Positions 43,913 to 53,621 are shown, counted from the first letter of the stretch. The stretch is 64,000 nt of DNA from an uncultured Acidobacteriota bacterium (GCA_963714745.1 CAVQPK010000002.1:2239531-2303530), one strand, 5' to 3'. Notes: generated by a model not told the origin, from the letters alone. Translations and numbers: made by a program.

Positions 43913-44845
43913 ATGAAAGTGGCTTTCTTCGGAACCCCTGACTTCGCGATCCCGACGCTGGTTCGGCTGCTGGAGAGCCGCCACTCCGTCGAGCTCGTCG
44001 TCTCGAAGCCGGACAAGCCGGTGGGCCGGCACCAGGTGCTGACCGCGCCTCCCGTCATCCAGCTTGCCGAGCGGCGAGGGCTCCGTTGGGAGCAGCCGAA
44101 GAGCCTCAAGGACACCGAGGCCGTCGAGCTGGTGGGCGGCGTCGACGCTGCGGTCGTGGTCGCTTACGGTCGGTTGATCCCCGACATGCTGATCGGCACA
44201 CCCCGCCACGGCTTCGTGAACCTCCATCCGAGCCTGCTGCCGCGGCATCGCGGGCCGTCCCCGATCCAGTGGGCGCTGGTGTGTGGGGACCGGACCACCG
44301 GCGTGACCACCATCCGGATCGACGCCGGCATGGACACCGGGCCGATCTATCTCCAGCGGGAGGTGCGGATCGAGCCGCGGGAGAGCGTCGACGAGCTCTC
44401 CGACCGGCTCGCGGCGATGGGCGCGGAGCTGGTGGTGGAGACCCTGGACCGGATCGAAGCGGACGGCCTCGAGCCCCGCGCGCAGAGCGAGCAGGGTGCG
44501 AGCGTGACCCCGATGCTGCGCCGGAGCTTCGCCAAGGTGGACTGGTCGACACCGGCGCGCCAGCTCGTCAACCGACTGCGAGGGCTGGCGTCCTGGCCGG
44601 GCATGTACACCAAGTTCCGGGGCGGTCGGCTCAAGATCCACGGCCTCGAGGAGGTGCAGCCGCCGCCGAAGGGCCGCGAGGAGCCGGGCACCGTGATCGA
44701 GGCCACCGAAAAGGGGATCATGGTGCGGGCGGGACGGGGTACCGCGGTCCGAATCACCGACCTCCAGCGGGAAGGCAAACGGAGGCTGCCGGCGGACGCC
44801 TTCCTGATTGGCGAGCGCGTGTCCCGTGGCGAGCGCTTCGGCTGA
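43913..44845 (+). CDS. fmt: Methionyl-tRNA formyltransferase
   Basis: Met19 of ORF 43859..44845. Motifs: 'KVAFFGTPDFAIPTL', 'NLHPSLLPRHRGPSPIQWAL', 'TGVTTIRIDAGMDTGPI'. Confidence 0.9.
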   Translation: MKVAFFGTPDFAIPTLVRLLESRHSVELVVSKPDKPVGRHQVLTAPPVIQLAERRGLRWEQPKSLKDTEAVELVGGVDAAVVVAYGRLIPDMLIGTPRHGFVNLHPSLLPRHRGPSPIQWALVCGDRTTGVTTIRIDAGMDTGPIYLQREVRIEPRESVDELSDRLAAMGAELVVETLDRIEADGLEPRAQSEQGASVTPMLRRSFAKVDWSTPARQLVNRLRGLASWPGMYTKFRGGRLKIHGLEEVQPPPKGREEPGTVIEATEKGIMVRAGRGTAVRITDLQREGKRRLPADAFLIGERVSRGERFG

Positions 44846-46091
44846 CCGGCTGACCGCGGCCCGGCTCCTGGTTCGGGTCGAGAAGGGGGCGTTCGCCTCG
44901 CGGTTGCTCGGTGGGCGCATGGGTCCCGGCGTGCGGGTGCGGGTGCTCGGCGTGCTGCGCTGGCAGCGGCTCCACGACACCGTGCTCGCCCGGTTCTCAC
45001 GGCGGCCGCTGGCGAGCCTCGACCCCGAGGTTCGAGCATCGCTGCGGATCGGTCTGCTCGAGCGGTCGCAGATGGGCCTGCCGGCGGCGGTCGCGGTCGA
45101 CGGCGCGGTCCGACTGGTCCGCGACCTGGGCCACGGCTCGGCGACGGGGCTGGTCAACGCCGTGCTGCGACGGGCGACCGCCGCCCTCGAGGACGCCGCC
45201 GAGGGCGTCCCCGACGACCTGGAGTGGTCGCACCCCGAGTGGCTCGCGGCGCGCTGGCGAGGGGTTCTCGGCAGCGAGGCGACCCGCGACGCGATGGCCG
45301 CGGCCCAGCACCCCGCCCCGGTCTGGGTGTGGTTCGTCGAGCCGTCCGAGCAGCATCGGCTGGCAGCCGATGGTGTCGTCCTGAGGTCCCACCCGTGGTG
45401 TCCGGGGGCGTTCTCGGCGCGGGACGACGTCGCGTTGGTGCTGGAGGCCGTGGGCCGGCGCGCGGCCTATGTCCAGGATCCGACCTCGCAGCTGGTCGCG
45501 CACCTCGCGGCCCGGCTCGCGCCCGAGAGCGCGGCCCTGCTGGACCTGTGTGCCGCGCCGGGGGGCAAGTCGGCGCTGGCGCATCGGCTGCGCCCCTGGC
45601 GGTCGGCGCTCGCCCTCGATCTTCGGGCCTCCCGGCTGCGGCTGGTGCGACCCCTGGCCGCAGCGATGGGCGGACCGTTGCTGGCGGTGGCCGACGCCGC
45701 CCGTCCGCCGCTCGCAGGCCGGAGCTGGGACCTGGTCCTGCTCGACGCTCCGTGCTCCGGAACCGGGACACTGCGGCGTCACCCGGAGCTCAAGTGGCGC
45801 CTCTCCCCGGAGCTTATCGGCGAGGCCGCCGCGACCCAGACCCGCCTGCTCCGCTCGGCGGTCGAACTGGTCGCGCCGGACGGCATCCTGCTCTACGCCA
45901 CCTGCTCCCTCGAGCCGGAGGAGAACGAGGCGCATTTCGCGCTCCCTCCCCCAGGCTTCGATCCCGCACCGCTGGAGCCCTTCCTCACTGCCGGTGTGCC
46001 CCACCTCCCCACCCCTGCCGGCGGAATCCGCATCCCGACCACTCGCGACGGCGACGGCTTCACCCTCCACGCCTTCCGGCGGACATCATGA
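44826..46091 (+). CDS. rsmB: 16S rRNA m5C methyltransferase RsmB/Sun-like
   Basis: Motifs: 'DLCAAPGGKS', 'LLDAPCSGTGTLRRHPE', 'LLYATCSLEPEENE'. The start is uncertain: GTG 44826 was chosen, and TTG 44808 is the longest ORF. It overlaps the fmt end. Confidence 0.85.
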   Translation: MASASADRLTAARLLVRVEKGAFASRLLGGRMGPGVRVRVLGVLRWQRLHDTVLARFSRRPLASLDPEVRASLRIGLLERSQMGLPAAVAVDGAVRLVRDLGHGSATGLVNAVLRRATAALEDAAEGVPDDLEWSHPEWLAARWRGVLGSEATRDAMAAAQHPAPVWVWFVEPSEQHRLAADGVVLRSHPWCPGAFSARDDVALVLEAVGRRAAYVQDPTSQLVAHLAARLAPESAALLDLCAAPGGKSALAHRLRPWRSALALDLRASRLRLVRPLAAAMGGPLLAVADAARPPLAGRSWDLVLLDAPCSGTGTLRRHPELKWRLSPELIGEAAATQTRLLRSAVELVAPDGILLYATCSLEPEENEAHFALPPPGFDPAPLEPFLTAGVPHLPTPAGGIRIPTTRDGDGFTLHAFRRTS

Positions 46092-46341
46092 GGAACCACC
46101 AAGACACCAAGACACCAAGATCGGGGATGCGGTTCGCTCATGGCAGGCGGATCTCGGAGTGGATGGTCTGAGAGCCGACGGGCACGGGAGCCCCGAACTC
46201 GGAGCGGAAGTGCTCCGCGGGTTAGGGCCCTGTGTGCGGTGGTTCAGTGGGTTCAACCGGTGGTGCGGATTCGCGCGCGATCCAGGACCGGACAGACTTC
46301 TGGGACCCTCGGCAGCCTCTTGGTGTCTTGGTGGTGATCTC
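46092..46341. repeat. MITE-like unit: about 190 bp bounded by inverted (CACCAAGA)n arrays
   Basis: 'GGAACCACCAAGACACCAAGACACCAAGATC' (46092-46122) is inverted relative to 'CCTCTTGGTGTCTTGGTGGTGATCTC' (46316-46341). It fills the convergent rsmB/CPBP intergenic region. Confidence 0.7.
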
Positions 46342-46348
46342 GGGCCCG

Positions 46349-47038
46349 CTACCCGAAGGCGAGGAACCACCCGGCGGCGAAGACCGCGACGTCGGCGAGC
46401 ACGTGGGCGACCCAGCCGGGCCAGATCGAGCGGTAACGCCGGTAGCACCAGCCCCAGATCCAGCCGCCCGTGAACACCCCGAGGCAGGCGAGGACGACCA
46501 GACCCGGGGCGAGGTAGCGCGACATGGCGACCGCGTGATGGACGGTGAAGAGGGCAGCGGAGACCGCGGTCGCAGCGGAGCCCGGCATCAGCCTCTCGCA
46601 GCGTGTGAGCACGAACCAGCGCCACACGTACTCTTCCATCACTGAGTTGACCAGGGTCCAGGCGGCGGCCGCGGCGAGGAAGCGTTGCGGCGTGGCGAGC
46701 CCCATCCCTTCGAGGGCAGCGCGCAGGGCCGCCGCCTCGAGGGTGGGCAGGACGATCCAGGTCGTGAGGGCGATCGCGGCCATGGTCGCGGTACCGAGCA
46801 GGAGACCGACGCCGATCCCTCCGCGCCGGACGGGCGACCAGCTCGGCCTCCCGCGATCGACGCGCAGCAGCCAGAGGGTCGGGAGCAGCAGCAGCCAGAT
46901 CTTGGCGGCGAGGAAGACGAGCCGGCCCGCCGGTCCCGGAGCGACCACCATGGCAGCGATCACCCCCAGGGTCGGCACCGGCGCGATCAGGACCAGGCCC
47001 ATCAGGGCCCGGTTGCGATCCCAGGCACGACCGCCCAC
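46349..47038 (-). CDS. CPBP family intramembrane glutamic endopeptidase (CAAX protease-like)
   Basis: C-terminal part of ORF 46349..47521. Motifs: 'EEYVWRWF', 'FTVHH', 'HVLADVAVF'. The start is GTG 47038 or ATG 47002; neither has a clear SD. Confidence 0.75.
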   Translation of the reverse strand: MGGRAWDRNRALMGLVLIAPVPTLGVIAAMVVAPGPAGRLVFLAAKIWLLLLPTLWLLRVDRGRPSWSPVRRGGIGVGLLLGTATMAAIALTTWIVLPTLEAAALRAALEGMGLATPQRFLAAAAAWTLVNSVMEEYVWRWFVLTRCERLMPGSAATAVSAALFTVHHAVAMSRYLAPGLVVLACLGVFTGGWIWGWCYRRYRSIWPGWVAHVLADVAVFAAGWFLAFG

Positions 47039-47144
47039 GAGCGGGACGATACCACCACCGCGGAGACGGGGCGCTCGCCCCGCTGCCGCGCAGGTCGAGC
47101 GGGTACCATGGGTCCGGCGGTGGCGTACCGCCGCGGGAGGTTCC

Positions 47145-48858
47145 ATGCGCCAGGGTGTTGTGGTCGGCATGTGTCTGTTCGTGGTCTGCGTCGCCGTCGC
47201 CGGCGACCGGCCGGAGGGGCTGTCGTTCGCGACCCGCTCGGTGACCGTCGCCCGCCACGGCATGGTGGCCGCGGCCCACCCGCTCGCGGTCCAGATCGGG
47301 CTCGAGGTGCTCAAGCACGGCGGCAGCGCGGTCGACGCGGCGATCGCCACCAACGCGGCTCTGGCGCTCATGGAGCCGATCGTCCTGCGGGCTCGGCGGC
47401 GACCTGTTCGCGATCGTCTGGGACCCGAAGGAACGGCAGGCTGTACGGACTCAACGGCTCCGGGCGGGCGCCGCGCGGCTCTCACCATCGACAAGGTCCC
47501 GCCCGAGCCGGACGGCACCATTCCGCTCTACTCGCCCTACGCGTGGACCGTTCCCGGCTGCGTCGACGGCTGGTTCGAGCTGCACGCGCGCTTCGGCCGG
47601 CTGCCGCATGGCCGAGCTGCTCGCACCGACCATCGCCGCCGCCCGCGAGGGCGTGCCGGTGCCCCAGGTGATCGCCGGCTGCGTGGGCCCGCGGGATGCC
47701 CCGCTTTCGGCGACAAGCCCGGTTTCGCGGAGGTCTTCCTGCTCGACGGCCGGGCGCCCGCCGAGGGCGAGTCGTTCGCCAACCCGGCGCTGGCCCGACC
47801 CTGGAGATGATCGCCGCGGGCGGCCGCGACGCGTTCTACCGGGGGCCGATCGCCGAGCGCGATCGTCGCCTACTCGGACCAGGTCGGCGGCTTCTTCTGG
47901 CCCGGAGGACCTCGCCGAGCCACCCCAGCGAGTGGGTCGAGCCGATCTCGACCACCTACCGCGGCGTCACGGTCTGGGAGCTGCCGCCCAACGGCCAGGG
48001 CCTCGCCGCCCTCCAGATGCTCAACATCCTCGAGGGCTTCGACCTCGCGGCGATGGGTCGGGACTCGGCCGATCTCTGGCACCTGATGGTCGAGGCCAAG
48101 AAGCTCGCCTACGACGATCGGGCGCGGTTCTACGCCGACCCGGCCTTCGCCGAGCTGCCGGTCGCGGGCCTGATCTCGCAAGGCCTACGCGCGAGCCGGC
48201 GCGGCGCCCTGATCGACCTCGCGCGGGCGGCCCGGCGGCTCGAGCCGGGCAACCCCCACCTGCGGGCACGGCGACACCACCTTCCTGGTCGCCGCCGACT
48301 CCGACGGCATGATGGTCTCCCTGATCCAGTCCAACTACACCGGCTTCGGCTCCGGCTACGTGGTCCCCGAGCTCGGCTTCGGGATCCAGAACCGCGGCGC
48401 GCTGTTCTCCCTCGACCCCGACCACCCGAACGCCCTCGCGCCGGGCAAGCGTCCGTTCCACACCATCATCCCGGCCTTCCTCGGCGAGCGCGGCGTGCCC
48501 AACGTCGCCTTCGGCGTCATGGGCGGGCGACATGCAGCCCCAGGGGCACGTGCAGATCGTGGTCAACCTGGTCGACTTCGGCATGAACCTGCAGGAGGCC
48601 GGCGACGCCGCCCGCTTCCACCACGCCGGCTCGTCCGAGCCGACCGGGACCCGGTGATGGAGGACGGCGGCGAGCTGCACCTCGAGTCGGGGGTGCCGGT
48701 GGACGTCCGTCGGGAGCTGATCCGACGCGGTCACCGCCTGGTCGAGAGCACCGGCACCGTGTTCGGCGGCTACCAGGCCATCCGCCGCGACCCGGTCACC
48801 GGCGTCTACTACGGCGCCACCGAGTCGCGAAAGGACGGCATGCGCGGCGGGCTACTGA
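47145..48858 (+). pseudogene. ggt: Gamma-glutamyltransferase, interrupted by several frameshifts
   Basis: ATG 47145 with GGGAGG upstream. 'GMVAAAHPLAVQIGLEVLKHGGSAVDAAIATNAALALMEP' is in ORF 46545..47810. 'WVEPISTTYRGVTVWELPPNGQGLAALQMLNILEG' is in 47696..48586. 'HGDTTFLVAAD' was translated manually. 'MVSLIQSNYTGFGSGYVVPELGF...PGKRPFHTIIPAF' is in 48309..49001. The putative true end is '..AAGY*', with TGA at 48856-48858. Confidence 0.8.
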
Positions 48859-48863
48859 GTAGT

Positions 48864-49686
48864 CCACAGAGGACGCAGAGAACCTCAGCGCGGGTCGTGC
48901 CCGCAACCCAAGTGACCGGTGAGCGAACGCGGCCGCTTCCGTTCACGGGGAGGCAAGAACCCGGGGTCGGGCAGCGGGCGACGGGCGGCCGGTCCGGGTG
49001 AGTCACGAGCCGCGAAGCGACTCAGTACGCCGTCGCCCGCCCCCGGCCGCCCGTCGCCTGGATGGGCGCGATGGTGGGTCCCCCGAATCCGAGGCAACTC
49101 CGGCACGGCCCCTCTCCCGGGCACGGGCCAGACCCCAGGGTGTGACGGTGATTGCGGTGCCGGAGGAGACCATTCGACTCCGCGGCCCTGGCGGGCCGCT
49201 CCGCTCAGGGTGACGGCTGGTGTGCGGCGCCTCGAACGCGGTCGTCCCCGGCACGCGAGCCGGTCTCTTCCCTCCCGTGTCTCCTGAGCGAGCGAGCCGG
49301 AGGCGAGCGGATGAACCCAGGGCAACACCACTGTCAGCAGCCGAGGGCGGCCTACGCGGAGGTGCAGGAGGAGCAGAGCGCTCTCACTCTGATGGCGGTA
49401 CGCGGCATCGAGATCCCGGAGGTGGTCGTCGACACTGTCGACCGCCTCGGCGGTCTCGTGTACGGGCTCCTCCGATTCGAGAGGCGTGGTTGAACGCCCC
49501 TCAAGTCAGCGGTTTCAGAGTGCTGCGCAGCCAGAACGTCGTCGAAGGAACGACGATTCTCGGTCAGGAGTCGAACACAGCATCCTCCCTCCAGAAGCTC
49601 GCGTTTCGGGGCTGGTGCTCAGGCACCAGCCCGAAAACGTCAATCTCGGGTGGGCGGGGGCTCTGTGCCTCTGTGCCTCTGTGGTG
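48864..49686. repeat. Repeat element of about 820 bp bounded by inverted (CACAGAGG)n arrays, carrying a degraded four-helix-bundle gene
   Basis: 'CCACAGAGGACGCAGAGAACC' (48864-48884) is inverted relative to 'CTCTGTGCCTCTGTGCCTCTGTGGTG' (49661-49686). The interior shares G-rich blocks ('GGGGTCGGGCAGCGGGCG') with 28.5 kb, 56.8 kb and 58.4 kb. Confidence 0.7.
49347..49493 (+). pseudogene. Truncated paralog of the four-helix-bundle gene (C-terminal about 48 codons)
   Basis: 'AAYAEVQEEQSALTLMAVRGIEIPEVVVDTVDRLGGLVYGLLRFERRG' compared with 27993-28382 'AAYAEVQEVQTALALLAARGVAIPSMVRDAADRLGGLVYGMLRSESRA'. That is 32 of 48 identical by eye. Upstream sequence has lost the frame. Confidence 0.6.
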
Positions 49687-52600
49687 AGTCTTCCTGGTCG
49701 CCCTGCTCGAGGCGGGCGGCTGGCCAGGCGGCGGTGGGGGCGTCCGGAGCGGCCTCGGGCGGGTCCGCGGGCAGCAGCACGGTGAAGGTGCTGCCCGCGC
49801 CCGGCGCCGACGTCACGACGACCCGACCCGCCATCAGCGCCACGTAACGCCTCACCAGCGCGAGGCCGAGTCCGCTGCCCCCGAACCGCCGTCCCGAGCC
49901 CGAGTCGAGCTGGCGGAACTCCTCGAAGATGCGCTCCTGGTCTTCCGCCGCGATCCCGATGCCCCGGTCCTCGACCGCGAGCTCGAGGGTGCGCCGGCCG
50001 AGCGAACCGGTGTCCGACACCGCTGTGCGAGCCAAGACCACGACCCGGGACCCCTCGGGAGAGAACTTGACCGCGTTGGACACCAGGTTGAACAGCACCT
50101 GTCGCACCTTGCCCGCGTCGAGACGGAAGTCCGGGAGCCCGGCCTCGACCTTCTGTACGAGCTCGATGCCGCGGGTCGCCGCCATGCCGTGGGCGATCCG
50201 ACACACGTCGTCGACCAGCGAGCCGACGGACACCTGCTCGATCTCGAGCACCATGCGGCCGGATTCGATCTTGGACAGGTCGAGGATGTCGTTGATCAGG
50301 GCGAGCAGGTGCTGGCCGCTGGAGAGGATGTTGGTGAGAAAACGCGGCACCCTCGGGTCATCGGCGCCGTCGAGCTTGCGCAGCAGAATCTCGGAGAAGC
50401 CGATGATCGCGTTCAGGGGTGTGCGCAGCTCGTGGCTCATGGCAGCGAGGAAGGCGCTCTTGGCGCGGCTCGCCTGCTCGGCGGCGCGCCCGGCGCGCTC
50501 GAGCTCGCGCACCGCGTGCGCCTTGTCGAGCGCGATGATCGCGTGCTGGCGGTAGCGTTCGAGGGCGCGGATCTCGGCGTCGCGCAGCCGCTCGAAGGGC
50601 ATTCCCAGGTCGAAGAGCAGGAACGCGACCACCCGGCCTTCGAGCTGGAGGTCGACCGCGAGCAGGGTCCGTCCGGGGGGCAGGTGGCGCACCCGGTCGG
50701 CGCCCGGCCTGTGCTCGAGGCCGCGCACCACCGAGATGCCCTCGCCGATCCGGTCCTCCGGGTCCGCGAATCGCGCCAGCGCCTCGTGGCGGGGAAACGA
50801 GAGGTCCTCCACCAGCCCGGGAGGCCAGCCGGTGGAGGCGGCGACGGCGAACCGCTCGCCGTCCTCGTCGGTGAGCAGGAGAACTCCGGTGCGGGCACGC
50901 CGCAGCAGCACCAACCCTTGATCGAGCAGGGTGGTGGCCACCTTGTCGAAGACCACCTCGCGGTTGACCGTGGCCACGATGCGGTCGAGGGTCTCGAGCT
51001 CCGCGGCGTAGGTGCGCAGCTCGGTGGTGCGGGCGGCCACCACGCTCTCGAGCTTGCGGGTCCGTTGCCTGAGGCGGGCCGTTCGCCACCGGTTGGAGAT
51101 CTGCACGCCGAGCGCGAGCACCAGCACGGCCGCGGCGGCGGCCCACCAGCTCTGCCACCACACCGGCCGGACCGTGAAGGCGAAGCTCAGCGGCTCGGAC
51201 CACGAGTCGGAGCCGGTCGTCGCGGCGACCTCGAAGGTGTACCCGGTCGGAACGAAGAGCGCCGGCAGGTTGGTGTAGCGAAGGCGGGTGTCGGCCGTGG
51301 GCGGCGACCAGCGATCGGAGAACCCCCGCAGCCGGGTGCGGTAGCGGACCCCGCTCTCGTCGATGAAGGTCAGGGCGCTCCACTGGAGGTTGACCTCGTT
51401 GGCGGCCGAGGGTTCGTCCTCGATCGTCGCCGTGCGCAGCACGAGCCGCGGCGACCCTCCCCGACCGTGGTCCAGCGCAGGGCGGTACCGGGTCAGCCCC
51501 TTCGGAGTTCCCAGGTACACCGTGCCGTCCTCCGCCACCGCCAGCGACGAGTCGGCGCCCCATGCCTCGTTGTCGATCAGGCCGTCGGCCTTCGAGACCG
51601 TTCGCAGCACGCGGCCCGCGGTGATGTCGACCTCGGCCAACCCCGAGTTCTGGGTCACCCACAGGGAACCGGGGGACGACGGGTCGAGTGCCATCCCCAT
51701 CACGTGGTTTCCCCCGAGGCCGGTCTCGCGGTCGAGCCGTGTGGTGATGCCGGCGGGATCGCCCGCCACGGCGAACAGGCCCGCGGCCGAACCGATCCAC
51801 ATCCGGTCTCCCGCCCACAGCAGGTTGTGGACGGCGTTGGTCGGCGCGCCGCGGTTCCGGTCCCACCACGGCTCGAGCAGCGGCACGGCGACCGTCCGGT
51901 CGGAGTCCGCATCCCCGACCCCGCGCCGGAGCATCTCCAGGGTGACCGGCCCGGGGCTGCGCAGGACGCCGCTGTCCTTGGAGACCACCCACAGGCGGCC
52001 GTCGGGGTCGAGTGAGGTGGACACCGCCCCGGAGGCCGGGACTCCGGCCGCTGTGTGCAACACGAACCACGAGCCTCCACCCCAGACCGTGACGCCGGCG
52101 GTTCCCGAGAGCCACACCGCCGGCTCGAGCCGGCTGCGGTCCGCCCGCGCGGCGACCGGAAGCACCCGGGATCCGTAGAGCGTGCCGGTCGGGTAGGTGC
52201 CGAGCCGGTAGGGTCGTCCCAGAATCAGCAGCCGCCGTTGCTGGGTCCTGCCGAGAGGCCCGGGCAGAGGCGGGCCGGGAGTGAGCACGCCCAGTCCTTC
52301 GAGGGTGCCGATCCAGATCCGCCCCGAGGAGTCCCGGGTGAGGGTGTAGATCGAGCCGGACGGCAGCCCGTCCGCGACCCCGACCACCGCTCGGCGACCA
52401 TCCGCGGCCAGCGCCGCGAGACCGCCGCCGGTGCCGGCCCAGATCACCCCGTCGGGATCGTCCTGTGCCGGCGGCAGGACGGCGAAGACCGAGGGGTCGG
52501 GCAGTGACGGCGCCACGCCGGCGCGACTGCGGCCGGTAAAATGTTCGAACGCGGCATAGTTCGGGCGGAGCCGGGAGCAGCCGGAGTTGGTCGCGAACCA

Positions 52601-53593
52601 GAGGCTGCCCTCGTGGTCGCGCAGCAGGTGCCACACGGTCTCGGAGAGGAAGCCATGGCGGCGGTCGAAACGGCGGGCCGCCTCCGCCCGGCCGCCAGGC
52701 AGCAGCAGGACGCCGCTGCCCAGCGAGCACACCCAGACGTCGCCCGCGGGGGTGGCCAGGATCGAGTTCACCTGCTCGGTGAGGGCTCCCGCGATCGCCG
52801 TGAACCGGGGCGGCCCGCTTTCGACGAGCCGGATCAGCATGCCGGTGCGGCAGCCCGCCCAGAGGGCGCCGTCGGGCGCCTCGTGGAGCGCCGTGACCTG
52901 GGTGCAGGGGACCGACTGGGCGGCGAGGTACGTGATGGTGTCGGCGTCGGGCTCGATGAACCCGACCGGTCCGCTCTCCAGTGCGACCCACACCGTGCCG
53001 TCGCTGCGCAGCGCGAGCGATGCGCCGCCCGATGTCCCGGAATCCGCCCCGGTCCCGAGCGGAATCGCGCTTTCGTGCACCCGTCCGTCGGGGCTCATGC
53101 GGTAGTGACGCAGGCCCTGCCCCGAGGTCGCGACCCACACCCCGCCGTCAGCCGCCGGGGCCATCCAGGTGTGTCGGATCCGGGTGCGCGCCAGCTCGAC
53201 CTCGCCGACCCGCGACCGGAACCGCGGGCGCCGGGTGCTGGTGGCGGCGGTCACCGGCCGGTCGGAGACCACGACGCCGGTCTCGGAGCCTACCCAGATG
53301 TAGCCCGAGCCGTCCTGCAGCACCTCGCGCACGGTGGAGTCGAGCAGGCCGTCGGCCATTCCGAACAGCTCGAGCTCCTGGCCGTCGTAGCGGGCGAGCC
53401 CCGACGAGAAGAAGCCGAGCCAGATGAACCCGGTGCGGTCCTGGTAGATGGTCTGCACGCTCGACGACGGCAACGGCACCCGCTGGTGCTCGGTGGTGAA
53501 GTGGGTGAGCGGAAGCTCCTCGGACAGGACCTGGGCCACGACCAGGCTGCAGGCGGCGAAGGCCACCGTTCGGAGCACGGGGCTCGCGGGCAT
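49640..53593 (-). CDS. Hybrid-architecture sensor histidine kinase: periplasmic beta-propeller repeats (two-component regulator propeller / Y_Y_Y type), TM, GAF-like, HisKA, HATPase
   Basis: Full listed ORF (1317 aa). Repeated 'G.IW.GT..GL' propeller units, H-box 'AMSHELRTPLN', N-box 'VLFNLVSNAVKF', G-boxes 'DRGIGI' and 'GGSGLGLA'. Confidence 0.9.
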   Translation of the reverse strand: MPASPVLRTVAFAACSLVVAQVLSEELPLTHFTTEHQRVPLPSSSVQTIYQDRTGFIWLGFFSSGLARYDGQELELFGMADGLLDSTVREVLQDGSGYIWVGSETGVVVSDRPVTAATSTRRPRFRSRVGEVELARTRIRHTWMAPAADGGVWVATSGQGLRHYRMSPDGRVHESAIPLGTGADSGTSGGASLALRSDGTVWVALESGPVGFIEPDADTITYLAAQSVPCTQVTALHEAPDGALWAGCRTGMLIRLVESGPPRFTAIAGALTEQVNSILATPAGDVWVCSLGSGVLLLPGGRAEAARRFDRRHGFLSETVWHLLRDHEGSLWFATNSGCSRLRPNYAAFEHFTGRSRAGVAPSLPDPSVFAVLPPAQDDPDGVIWAGTGGGLAALAADGRRAVVGVADGLPSGSIYTLTRDSSGRIWIGTLEGLGVLTPGPPLPGPLGRTQQRRLLILGRPYRLGTYPTGTLYGSRVLPVAARADRSRLEPAVWLSGTAGVTVWGGGSWFVLHTAAGVPASGAVSTSLDPDGRLWVVSKDSGVLRSPGPVTLEMLRRGVGDADSDRTVAVPLLEPWWDRNRGAPTNAVHNLLWAGDRMWIGSAAGLFAVAGDPAGITTRLDRETGLGGNHVMGMALDPSSPGSLWVTQNSGLAEVDITAGRVLRTVSKADGLIDNEAWGADSSLAVAEDGTVYLGTPKGLTRYRPALDHGRGGSPRLVLRTATIEDEPSAANEVNLQWSALTFIDESGVRYRTRLRGFSDRWSPPTADTRLRYTNLPALFVPTGYTFEVAATTGSDSWSEPLSFAFTVRPVWWQSWWAAAAAVLVLALGVQISNRWRTARLRQRTRKLESVVAARTTELRTYAAELETLDRIVATVNREVVFDKVATTLLDQGLVLLRRARTGVLLLTDEDGERFAVAASTGWPPGLVEDLSFPRHEALARFADPEDRIGEGISVVRGLEHRPGADRVRHLPPGRTLLAVDLQLEGRVVAFLLFDLGMPFERLRDAEIRALERYRQHAIIALDKAHAVRELERAGRAAEQASRAKSAFLAAMSHELRTPLNAIIGFSEILLRKLDGADDPRVPRFLTNILSSGQHLLALINDILDLSKIESGRMVLEIEQVSVGSLVDDVCRIAHGMAATRGIELVQKVEAGLPDFRLDAGKVRQVLFNLVSNAVKFSPEGSRVVVLARTAVSDTGSLGRRTLELAVEDRGIGIAAEDQERIFEEFRQLDSGSGRRFGGSGLGLALVRRYVALMAGRVVVTSAPGAGSTFTVLLPADPPEAAPDAPTAAWPAARLEQGDQEDSPQRHRGTEPPPTRD

Positions 53594-53621
53594 CGTGGTT
53601 CCATTGTAGGGGGAAGGTCGA

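Noticed and set aside
46123-46315. A tRNA or small structured RNA inside the 46.1-46.3 kb element ('GGTTCAGTGGGTTCAACCGGTGGTGCGGATTCGCGC').
   Set aside because: I could build no cloverleaf. It has no GTTCGAATC-type T-loop and no acceptor-stem pairing. I did not run tRNAscan, so this is a by-eye rejection.
46092-49690. Whether the octamer arrays (CACCAAGA)n / (CACAGAGG)n are CRISPR arrays.
   Set aside because: The units are 8 nt long, directly tandem without spacers, present at only 2-3 copies and arranged as inverted pairs. No cas genes are in the window.
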